Of a DNA stretch of 64,000 nucleotides, positions 6,149 to 16,600 are shown piece by piece. The DNA comes from a virus, in the IMG/VR virus record IMGVR_UViG_3300008107_000012. One strand, written 5' to 3'. The notes under the pieces were generated by a model, which saw only the letters and a program-made list of their open reading frames with translations, had not been told where the DNA came from and did not search any database. Both the position numbers and the translations under genes were made by a program. The number at the start of each line of letters is the position of its first letter. Within the stretch, counting starts at the first letter, position 1.

Positions 6149-6349
6149 ATGGAAAATACTGAAAAATTATATCACATCTACGCAAAGGATCGGTGCATTT
6201 ATCACAGTTTACCAGAGAACAAATTCTCTGAGACCTGGGATATGCTGCACAGAATGGTTGACTTATTAGGTGCGAATATTTCAAAGGAAGATTTACAATA
6301 TGAAGAAGTGACTGTCAATAGACTCATAGCACAAAATGCCTCATATTGA
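6149..6349 (+). CDS. Cyanophage-type hypothetical protein
   Basis: YHIYAKDRCIYHSL motif; directly upstream of the GT-like gene. Confidence 0.75.
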   Translation: MENTEKLYHIYAKDRCIYHSLPENKFSETWDMLHRMVDLLGANISKEDLQYEEVTVNRLIAQNASY

Positions 6350-6374
6350 CAAATACTAAATAGGACGATAAAAT
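6346..6374 (+). promoter_or_regulatory. Composite promoter: TTGACA-N17-TAAAAT with an embedded late box TAAATA (6357-6362)
   Basis: Direct motif match. Confidence 0.6.
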
Positions 6375-6397
6375 TGATCTGAAGGTTAATTTAACTT

Positions 6398-7165
6398 ATG
6401 GCAAAAGGATTTACAGTAAAAGCAACAGCACCAAAACCCAAAGAACAAGAATGGGATATTGATGCAATCAAAGAAAGAATGAAAGGGAAGTCAATTGTAT
6501 TCTGTCTTCCAGGTCGTGGTTGTTCTTTCATTTTTCTCAAAGCATTTGTACAACTCTGTTTTGACCTTGTACAAAACGGAATGAGTATTCAGATTTCTCA
6601 AGATTACTCATCAATGGTGAACTTTGCCCGTTGTAAGGTTCTTGGGGCAAATGTACTTCGTGGTCCCAAACAAATTCCTTGGGATGGTAAACTAAACTAT
6701 GATTATCAACTCTGGATTGATAGTGACATTGTTTTTGATTCTAACAAATTCTGGCAACTCTGTGATGTTGCTCTTCCTGCTGAAGGAGATGAGAAAGAAA
6801 TTGTTGCAGGTTGGTATGCAACCGAAGATGGTGTCACAACATCTGTCGCACATTGGTTAGAGGAAGATGATTTCCGTAAAAACGGTGGTGTGATGAATCA
6901 TGAAACCGTGGAATCAATCTCCAAGCGTAGAAAGCCTTTCACAGTTGACTACACTGGTTTTGGTTGGGTTCTGATTAAGAACGGTGTCTTTGAGAATCTT
7001 GAATATCCTTGGTTTGCTCCTAAGATGCAAGTCTTTGAATCTGGTGCAGTTCAGGATATGTGCGGAGAAGATGTATCATTCTGTCTTGATGCAAAAGAGG
7101 CAGGTTTTGAAATCTGGTGCGATCCTCGTATCAGAGTTGGACATGAGAAAACTCGTATTATTTGA
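6398..7165 (+). CDS. GT-A fold glycosyltransferase-like protein (conserved in cyanomyoviruses)
   Basis: WIDSDIVF DxD motif; GFGWVLIK..VF, GEDVSFC, RVGHEK. Confidence 0.75.
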   Translation: MAKGFTVKATAPKPKEQEWDIDAIKERMKGKSIVFCLPGRGCSFIFLKAFVQLCFDLVQNGMSIQISQDYSSMVNFARCKVLGANVLRGPKQIPWDGKLNYDYQLWIDSDIVFDSNKFWQLCDVALPAEGDEKEIVAGWYATEDGVTTSVAHWLEEDDFRKNGGVMNHETVESISKRRKPFTVDYTGFGWVLIKNGVFENLEYPWFAPKMQVFESGAVQDMCGEDVSFCLDAKEAGFEIWCDPRIRVGHEKTRII

Positions 7166-7185
7166 TTTTATTTTGGAGGTAATTT

Positions 7186-7326
7186 ATGGCTAAAGGTGGA
7201 TCTAATAAGACTCTGTTTGAACCCGGAGCACCTAAGAAAACTCGTCAAGGACGTTCTCCTCGTACATTACTCAGTGCTACTTCTCGTAATGGACGTAAGA
7301 AGAAATATAGGGGACAAGGTAAATAA
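7186..7326 (+). CDS. Small basic 46-aa protein (MAKGG...KKTRQG...KKYRGQGK)
   Basis: GGAGGT RBS at 7175-7180; below the track cutoff. Confidence 0.75.
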   Translation: MAKGGSNKTLFEPGAPKKTRQGRSPRTLLSATSRNGRKKKYRGQGK

Positions 7327-7332
7327 TCCTTT

Positions 7333-7560
7333 ATGATACAATTAAATCCTCAAATCCCAGTTATTACTCCAAAGGGTAATGGTTGGGCTTTTTTTGTAAT
7401 TGATAGATCTCAAGAACATGATCTTGAATGGGTTGTTTTTCTAGATAGTAATGGTGAATGTTGGACATTTAAAAATTCCGACATACGAATTCAAAAAAAT
7501 TATACATTACATAGAAACAACCCATCAGGATTCAACTCATGTACTACTCAGATCCAGTAG
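7333..7560 (+). CDS. Hypothetical protein
   Basis: ORF; late box TAAATA at 7320-7325. Confidence 0.7.
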   Translation: MIQLNPQIPVITPKGNGWAFFVIDRSQEHDLEWVVFLDSNGECWTFKNSDIRIQKNYTLHRNNPSGFNSCTTQIQ

Positions 7561-8186
7561 ATGAATGGAATTCAATTCTCGAAGAAGATCTATGGGTTTA
7601 CAATAAACTATTTCTAAATCGTCGTTTGGGGCATCTCTGTGGACCTACAGGATGCCCCGTTCCACATCCAGGTCATTATATAGTTCGACCAAGTATCAAT
7701 TTACTCGGTATGAGTCGATTTTCTCGTATAGAATGGATTGATAAATCTACAGATCATTTACATCCATCAGAATTTTGGTGTGAAATTTTTGTTGGAGAGC
7801 ATTTAAGTGTCGATTTTTTTCAAAAAATACCAAGATTAGTTGTTTTAGGTGAAAGAAACTCTCAAGATCCATTGTATAAATGGAAAAAATGGTCCAAAAT
7901 TGATCGAGACATCAACTTTCCTTCAATATTAAATAGTTTAAAAGGTAATTATGAGTGGATTAATTGCGAATTTATTAATAATAACCTCATAGAGGTGCAT
8001 TTTAGACAAAATCCTGACTTTAGATTCGGAAATTCTGTTGCTTTTCCTCTTTGGAAAGGAGAAAATCAAATAAAAACTGATGATTTGGAGTTTATAACTG
8101 ATGAAGATTACTTAAGAAAGGGATTTTACATTGATAAACGGGATAGGAACCCCGTAAAAAGTTCTGATTTAACGAATCAGGAGTAA
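7539..8186 (+). CDS. ATP-grasp-like protein
   Basis: YIVRP..NL.GM loop, WCE.F.GEH.SVD, INCEF...LIEVHFR (ExN/HxR-like) pattern. Confidence 0.5.
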   Translation: MYYSDPVDEWNSILEEDLWVYNKLFLNRRLGHLCGPTGCPVPHPGHYIVRPSINLLGMSRFSRIEWIDKSTDHLHPSEFWCEIFVGEHLSVDFFQKIPRLVVLGERNSQDPLYKWKKWSKIDRDINFPSILNSLKGNYEWINCEFINNNLIEVHFRQNPDFRFGNSVAFPLWKGENQIKTDDLEFITDEDYLRKGFYIDKRDRNPVKSSDLTNQE

Positions 8187-8189
8187 AAA

Positions 8190-8351
8190 ATGGATCAAAA
8201 AATGCTTAGAGAAATCTTTAATGATGATTTAACACCAAAAAAGCATAATTTTGAAGTTCAAAACGAAATTCACGAGAAAATTCGTAATGATGATGACTAT
8301 GATGATTGGGAGTATGGAACTGAACCTCTTTATGAATCAAAAAAACCATAA
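8190..8351 (+). CDS. Small acidic 53-aa protein (MDQKMLREIFND...DDDYDDWEYGTEP)
   Basis: AGGAG RBS; precedes gp25. Confidence 0.7.
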   Translation: MDQKMLREIFNDDLTPKKHNFEVQNEIHEKIRNDDDYDDWEYGTEPLYESKKP

Positions 8352-8378
8352 TAAATAAGATAGATTTATTAATTTTTT

Positions 8379-8780
8379 ATGCCTGTAGAACGGGTAAGTA
8401 AGGGTTTCAAAGACATAAGTATGACTTTTCAGGTTAACCCTGTAAATTATGACCTTATTGGTCTTAAAAATGAAACCGCTATTTCCCGTTCTATTCGCAA
8501 TTTAGTCTTTACTCTTCCTGGTGAAAGATTTTTTAATCCAAACCTAGGTTCAAGAGTAAGTAGACAACTTTTTGAAAATATGGATGCAGTTTCCGCATCA
8601 ATTATTGAGGATGAAATTAGAGATACTATTAATAAGTATGAGCCAAGAGTTAGACTTATTAATGTAGAAGTAACACCAAATTATGATGAAAATGAATTTA
8701 ATGTAACAATTACATATAGAATAGTTGGAATTGATGTTTTACCTCAACAACTAACATTTGCACTACAGCCAACACGATAA
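8379..8780 (+). CDS. gp25: Baseplate wedge subunit gp25
   Basis: GERFFNPNLGS, YEPRV motifs; late box at 8352-8357. Confidence 0.92.
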   Translation: MPVERVSKGFKDISMTFQVNPVNYDLIGLKNETAISRSIRNLVFTLPGERFFNPNLGSRVSRQLFENMDAVSASIIEDEIRDTINKYEPRVRLINVEVTPNYDENEFNVTITYRIVGIDVLPQQLTFALQPTR

Positions 8781-10697
8781 ATGGCATTAGTTAATTTTAC
8801 CAATTTAGATTTCGATCAAATAAAAAGTTCTCTTAGAGAATATCTAAGATCTAATTCAAATTTTACTGACTATGACTTTGAAGGTTCAAATCTTTCAACA
8901 ATCATAGACCTTCTTGCATATAATACATATATTTCCTCATACAATGCTAATATGATTAGCAATGAGGTCTTTATTGATAGTGCAACTCTTAGAGAAAACG
9001 TTGTTTCTCTTGCAGGACATATTGGTTATGTTCCAAGATCTAAAACATCAGCAAAGGCAAATATATCATTTTTTATAGATACCTCGAATTTCACTACAAA
9101 TCCAAAAACAATTACTTTACAGAGAGGTACAGTGTGTTCCTCTTCAAATAATTTTGGGTCTCAGAGTTACACATTTTCAATTTTAAACGATATTACAGTT
9201 CCAGTTACAAATAATATTGCTTTTTTTGAAAATATTGATGTATATGAAGGAACTTATTTACTTGAGAGATTTGTTGTAGACAGCAATAATAAAAATCAAA
9301 GATTTATTCTTTCAAATGCAAATATTGACACATCATCAATAGTTGTTGAAGTAAGAAATTCTTTTGAAAGTACTGTAATTAGAAAATTTAACATTTGTAC
9401 GGATTTTTGTGCTGTAGATGCTGAATCTAGAGTTTTCTTTATCAAAGAAATAGAAGATCAAAGATATGAGATTGTTTTTGGTGATGGAATTTTTGGTAAG
9501 AAATTAGATAACAATAATATCGTTGAAGTATATCACGTAGTAAGTAATGGTGGTGAAAGTGCCAATGGAATAACATCATTCAATTTTAGTGGTAGATTAT
9601 TTGATAATAATGGTAGAATTGTTTCCACTGGAATATCATTAATTACTTCAAATTCTCCTTCTCAGGGAGGAAGAGAAATTGAATCCGTAGAGTCTATTCG
9701 TAAGTTTGCTCCTCGTTTATACTCCTCACAGAAAAGAGCAGTAACAACCGAAGATTATGAAACCATTGTTGCTTCTTTATATCCAGAAGCAGAGTCTGTT
9801 TCTGTATTTGGGGGAGAGGAACTTGATCCTCCTAAATATGGAAAAGTTTTCATCGCAATAAAACCAATTTCCGGAGATTTTCTTGCAAATTCTATTAAGG
9901 AAAATCTAAAAAATCTACTAAGAAAATACAGTGTTGCTGGTATTGTAACTGAAATAGTAGATTTAAAATATCTCTATATTGAATTTGACTCTTCAGTCTA
10001 CTATAATACTAATCTATCACAATCTTCAAGTAAACTTCAAACAAGAGTCATTAACAATATAATTAAATACTCGGATTCATCAGAGTTAAATAAATATGGT
10101 GCTAGATTTAAATATAGTAAATTCTTAAAAGTAATTGATGAGACTGATAGATCAATAACATCAAACATTACTAATATAGTAATGAGAAGAGATCTAAGAG
10201 CAGTTTTAGGTCAATTCTCAGAATATGAAATTTGTTTTGGAAACCAATTTAATATTAATGATTCGAAGGGTTATAATATAAAATCTTCTGGATTTAGATT
10301 GAATGGATATAATTATGACTTATATCTTTCTGATATTCCAAATTCAAATTTAAAGAACGGAACTATAATATTTTTCCGTATTGATACAGAGACATCAACT
10401 CCAATAATTGTAAATAACAATGCAGGGACAATAAATTATGAAAAAGGAGAAATTATAATCTTTCCAACAAATCTAATATCAACTTCAAAACAAAAATCAA
10501 ATGAACCAATTATAGAAATATCAGTTACTCCGTATTCAAATGATATTATTGGTCTTCAGGACCTATATTTGCAATTAGATATTGAAAATAGTAATGTAGA
10601 TATGATTGTGGATACTATTTCTTCCGGATCGGATGTTTCTGGGTCAATATATAAAACATCATCTAGTTATACTACACGGGAATTTATAAGAAAGTAA
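8781..10697 (+). CDS. gp6: Baseplate wedge subunit gp6
   Basis: LDFDQIK, FTDYDFEGS, FGDGIFGK, RAVT.EDY motifs. Confidence 0.93.
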   Translation: MALVNFTNLDFDQIKSSLREYLRSNSNFTDYDFEGSNLSTIIDLLAYNTYISSYNANMISNEVFIDSATLRENVVSLAGHIGYVPRSKTSAKANISFFIDTSNFTTNPKTITLQRGTVCSSSNNFGSQSYTFSILNDITVPVTNNIAFFENIDVYEGTYLLERFVVDSNNKNQRFILSNANIDTSSIVVEVRNSFESTVIRKFNICTDFCAVDAESRVFFIKEIEDQRYEIVFGDGIFGKKLDNNNIVEVYHVVSNGGESANGITSFNFSGRLFDNNGRIVSTGISLITSNSPSQGGREIESVESIRKFAPRLYSSQKRAVTTEDYETIVASLYPEAESVSVFGGEELDPPKYGKVFIAIKPISGDFLANSIKENLKNLLRKYSVAGIVTEIVDLKYLYIEFDSSVYYNTNLSQSSSKLQTRVINNIIKYSDSSELNKYGARFKYSKFLKVIDETDRSITSNITNIVMRRDLRAVLGQFSEYEICFGNQFNINDSKGYNIKSSGFRLNGYNYDLYLSDIPNSNLKNGTIIFFRIDTETSTPIIVNNNAGTINYEKGEIIIFPTNLISTSKQKSNEPIIEISVTPYSNDIIGLQDLYLQLDIENSNVDMIVDTISSGSDVSGSIYKTSSSYTTREFIRK

Positions 10698-10698
10698 T

Positions 10699-13600
10699 AT
10701 GAAGAACTCAATTAAATTCTATTCAATTGTAGAAAGTCTCGTACCAGAGTACGTTAAAATAGAATTTCCGTTAGTTATAGAGTTTTTATCACAATATTAT
10801 AAATCTCAAGAAAATCAAAGTGCTGCTCTTGATATAATTCATAATATTGACAAGTATGTTCAAATTGATAGTGTTACAAATTTAGATTTAACAACGACAC
10901 TCACATACCCATTAGACTTTGAAAATGAAGTTTTTATATACTCAAGTAAAGATCTTCCAAAAAATTATGGATTAATTAAAATTGATAACGAAATTATTTG
11001 GTATGAAAGATTAGTAGAAGATACTATAACAACGGCAACATTTACAATAGAAGTAGGGTCAACTTCTATTGTTTCTTCAGATGTTAATGAGGATTGGATA
11101 GGAAAGATACTTATTATTAAAGACAATCAAGGAAATATTGTAAATACTACAAAAATTTTATCCATCGAAGATGGATTAAGTGTTCTTACAGATTCTCCTT
11201 TAATTATTGATACTGAAGTTAGTGTTTATAATTCATCAAATACATATACCTGCGAAATTAATGGAAATAAACTTACAAATTGTACTAGAGGATTTAATGC
11301 TACTGTAGCATATGATTCAGATAATACAACAGATGAACTTGTCTATGAAGAAACTTCAATTGACAGTCACGTATTAGGGTCAGAAATAACCAATTTAAGC
11401 ATAATATTTCTTACAGAATTCTTCAAAAAAATCAAAATTCAACTTGCTCCAGGATTTGAAGATGAAGAATTTTATGACCAAATCAATGAAGCAACATTTA
11501 TTCGCAATATAAAGCAATTTTACCAATCAAAGGGATCTGATTGCTCCTTTGAACTTCTTTTCAGAGCACTCTTTGGTGAAGATGTAAGTATCATTAGACC
11601 AAGAGATTTTGTTATTCAGTCTTCAGATGCTCAGTATAATGTTTTTAGAGATTTAGTTGTTGAACAATTTGAAGGAGACCCAGAAGATCTAGAAAACTTA
11701 ACTTTATATCAAGACGAATATCTTAACATCCCACAATCAAAGGGAACAATTGCTAAGGTAGAAAAAATTCAAAGAGGAAGTAACTTTTACTATACTATAA
11801 GTTTAGATCAAACAAAAGAAAATACTTATAGTTCAAATCTAGGGGAATTTACTATCCATCCAAAATCAAAAACTACAATAGATATCAGTTCTGGTAGTGA
11901 TTTTATTGATGTAGATTCAACTATAGGATTTCCAGACTCTGGTGAACTGTTAATTCAAAAAATAGATGGAACAACTTTTGTAGTATCTTACTTATCAAGA
12001 ACATCTACTCAATTTTTAGATTGCAGTGGTATAGTTCAAGATATTAGTGTAAATTCTACTATTAGATTAAATACTTTCGCTTATGGATACAATGGTTCTG
12101 AGCAGATTAAAGTTTTTGTAGGTGGGGTTTTATCTTCAGTAAATATTGAATCAACTCCATATTATTCATCCATAAATGAAAGAATAAAAATTAAAACTCT
12201 AGGCAAGAATTTAGAAACTGTAAAGTCTGAAAATTGGTTTTATAACATAACAACAAAATATAAATTAGAAAAAATTTCTTTAGTTGATACTGCTAATTTA
12301 GTTTATGAAGTTGTTTTATATGATGACAATATTTTAAAAGTAGGAGATTCTGTTACTTTATTATACAGTGAAGGATCTCCAAAAAATGGAACCATAGTAG
12401 GGCAATCAAACAAAAAAACATTTTTTGTTGTCGGATTTGAAGATGTAAATGAATCTATTAGTTATACATTAAGAAAAAATATTTTAAAAGTTAATTCGAT
12501 AAATTACCCAGAACTTTCAAAATATTCTACAAATGTTCAAAACGTTTATATTGATAAAGAGCAAAATATTTTTGTAAATTCGCAATCATTGCCAAATTAT
12601 ATTTTTGAACCATTATTAATAACTGATAGATCAGTGACTTTTTCTGGTTCATATATTGAATCTGAAATAATTAATGCAATTTCTCATAGATTTTACACTG
12701 GTGATGCTGTTGTTTATGTGCCAGGAGATAATAACAATAAGTTAGATCTTAAAAAAGGAATTTATTTTGTTTATGCTGTAGATCAAAATAATATTAAACT
12801 TGCTAGAAGTAGAGAAAATATCTACACGCAAAACTTTGTTAAAGTGACCGGTAGTGTTACAAATAATAAATTTGTGTTAGAATCATTTACAAATTCAACT
12901 CTTGACACTAAAAAATTACTACCTCAAAATATTTTTAGAGAACTATCAACTCCTAAAATTCCTGATAACAATTCTAACGTAGAAACTTTTCCAGGAACAA
13001 CTGGAATTTTTGTGAATGGAGTTGAGTTATTGAATTATAAATCTAAAGATGTTTTATATTATGGAGAAATAGAAGACATTTTTCCAACCGCATCAGGGAG
13101 TGGATATGATATTATTAATCCACCAGTATTAAGTATTGAAGATGATAATGGTTTTGGTGCAAATGGATACTTATCAATCAATGGATCTTTAGAAAGAGTT
13201 GATATTATTGATCCAGGTTTTGATTTCACAGAAACTCCTACTGTTATTATATCCGGTGGTAATGGAAAAGAAGCACAAGTTTCTTTGAACTTAGTATCAA
13301 TAGATTATTCAGCATCTTTTAATGCAAAGACAGGAATCAATACAGTAACTAATACTGTAGGTTTTACTACCTACCATAAATTTAGAAATAATGAAGTTGT
13401 TCTTTATGATCCACAAGGGCAAACTAAAATATCAGGGTTAAGTACAAATTCTCAATACTATGCATCTGTTATTGATGCATTTACGGTTAAATTATATAAT
13501 AATTTAGATGATGCTTCTATTGGAATCAATACTGTTAATTTGATTGGTATAGGTACTGGTAGACATTTGTTTAAATCTCTTTCAAAGAAAAAACAAATTG

Positions 13601-16600
13601 GGTCGGCACAAGTAATTAATTCTGGTTACGGATATGAGACAAAAAAAAGAACCGTTTCTCCTGTGGGAATTAATACATTTTCTGGAATAATTACTATAAA
13701 AAATCACGATTACCGTGAAGGAGAAATAGTAACTTATACTTCGTCAAATACTGATATTGGAGGTCTTGTATCAAATTCCTCATATTACGTAACAGTTGTT
13801 GATAAAAATAATTTTAAATTATCCAACGTTGCTTTAGGAACTACTGAAAAGGATTTCTTCTATAAAACTAAAAATTATATTAATTTTAACTCCACCGGTT
13901 TAGGGACTCATTCGTTTAACTATGAACCAATAACAATAACGGTAATTGGCAAAACAGGAATAGGTAGTACCTATTCAAATCAAGTAGATTTAAGACCAAT
14001 ATTTACGGGAAAGATTACTTCGGTCCACTTAGAAAACAAAGGATCTTCATATGGATCTGAGATTCTCAATTATAATAGACAACCTGTTATAACTGCATTA
14101 ACTGGCAAAAATGCCCAGGTAAAACCAATAGTATCAAATGGGAAAATAGTAGATGTTATAGTAATCAATAGTGGGACTCAATATTATTCGACACCAAAGA
14201 TAAGTATTGTTGGAACTGGATCAGGTGCTGTTCTAACTCCAATTATAGAAAACAATTCTTTAAAAAGAGTAAAAGTAATTTATGGTGGTGGAGGATACGA
14301 AGAAAATACTTTAATTAATATAGTTCCTGCAGGAGCAGAATCTAAATTTGAGGCAAAAATTAAAACTTGGAGATTTAATTTCTTTGAAAGACTTTTTACA
14401 AATAATCAAATACCTCCTGATGATGGTGTTCTTTATGAAGGAAAAAATGATAAAAATGGATTAGAATATACCCATTTATATGCTCCAAGAAAATTAAGAT
14501 CTTCAGTTCTTGGACAGAGAAGTCTTAATGGAAAATTAGTTTATAATTCAGATTTAGAATTAATCAATGGTGTAGAATCAACATCATTAACACATTCTCC
14601 AATCATTGGTTGGGCATACGACGGAAATCCAATTTATGGACCTTATGGTTATGCCTCTATTACTGGTGGTTCAGTTAAGCAAATGATTTCTGGTTATGAA
14701 CTTACCAATAATTTATTAAATAGACCAAATTATCCATCAGGTTCTTTTGTAGAAGATTATTCTTTTACAAATAGTGGTGACTTAGATGAGCATAATGGAA
14801 GATTCTGCGTAACTCCAGAATTCCCAAATGGAGTATATGCATATTTCTGTACTGTTGATGACGGTCTTCCTCAAAATAATGAACCATTTCTTAATTATAA
14901 AAAACCACAATTCCCTTATGTAATAGGAAATACTTATAAGTCAGTTCCTATAAAATTTAATTTCTTATCCACATCGAATTTAAATAAATTTAATCTAAAT
15001 GAATCTTCTCTATTGAGAAATACTTCTCCATATGGATTATTAAAAAAATATACAACCTATGATCAATTAACTAATCCAAATGAAATTAAATCCCAAATAT
15101 CAAGAATAAAATCAATTTCTTCAGGAAAAATTAATTCTATTGGGATTGTGACAGGAGGCAATTCATACTATGTTGGAGAAAAAATTAACTTTTCTGACGG
15201 TAAGACAAGTGCGTTTGTAACTCAAATAGAAGGAAAACCTGTTGATTTTATTAACGCATCCACAACTACTATTTCTGATGTAGAATTTATTAATAATTCC
15301 GACAACTATACGGGATTTTCATCTATTCCCCATAACTTAATTGATAATGATTTAGTGGTCTTAACTTCATTGGTTGACTACAATATATTTGGAAATATAT
15401 CAGTAAAAAATCATTCTTTGGTCCTTAGATCTGGTATAGAATCATCTTCAATAACGGGGATTGTTACTTATTTGAATGTTTCCGGATCTCTTGAAGAATC
15501 AAAAATAAGAGAAAATGATATATATTATCTTGGAAATGAGCAAATAAAGATTTTAAATATAGATCCACAAAAATCTCAATTAAGAATATTAAGAAACCAA
15601 TATGGAACAATAGGGGTTTCTTCTATTCCTGTAGGTACTGCTATAACAGAAAATCCAAGAAAGTTTGAAATTAACTTTGGAATTACGACTTCATATAACT
15701 ATATTTCCAATAAAGAATTATATTTTAATCCCATATTATCCGTAGGTTTGGGAACTACTGCTGGTGTTGGAATTAATTCTACACTATTTTTAAGTACAAA
15801 TAATTTTAAACACCCAGTATCAATAGGGACTGGTAGCACTACGTTTTTATATTTCTCTGATATTAAGGATATTCAAGAGTATACTGGTGGAGGATACGTT
15901 GATTTAGTAGATTCAACCAATCCATCATTTGATATATCTAAGAAAAAAATAGTTTCCATAGGAGAAACTTCAATTGGAATTGATTTTAATAGTTCTGCCT
16001 TATCTGGAATTGGAGTAACTTCATATGTAAACAAATGGGTTATTAAACAGATTCCAACTCAATCAATTTATCTACAAAATCACAATTTAAATACAGGAGA
16101 CTCTTTAAGTTACTCATCAAATGGAGGAACCAGAGTTTCAGTTTCTACTAATGGTATTTCTAATTTCCAATTGAACGAAAACTCAACTGTTTATGTTGCA
16201 AAAATTTCCAATGATTTAATTGGGATTTCTACAATAAAAGTTGGTTTAGGATCTACAGGAACTTTTGTTGGTGTTGGTTCAATTTCTTCTTCAATTTTAT
16301 ATTTTACTTCAGTTGGAACAGGAGATACTCATAGTTTTACTACTAATTATGAAAACATTTTAGTTGCCGATATATCAAAAAATGTTGTAACTGTACAAAC
16401 AAAAGATCTCCACGGTTTGACTAGAAATGATATTATAGATATTTCTGTTTTTTCGGGAGTAAGTACTTCTATCAAGTTAATATATAATAAAAAACATAGA
16501 AGAGTTTTAGTTAATCCAAGAAACTTTGTTGCATCTGATGTTGATTTAATAAAAAATACAATAACAATTTATGGTCATAACTTAAAAACAGGACAAAAGG

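Noticed and set aside
6984-7193. 69-aa ORF overlapping the GT-like gene
   Set aside because: Alternate frame; the real downstream gene starts at 7186 with a GGAGGT RBS
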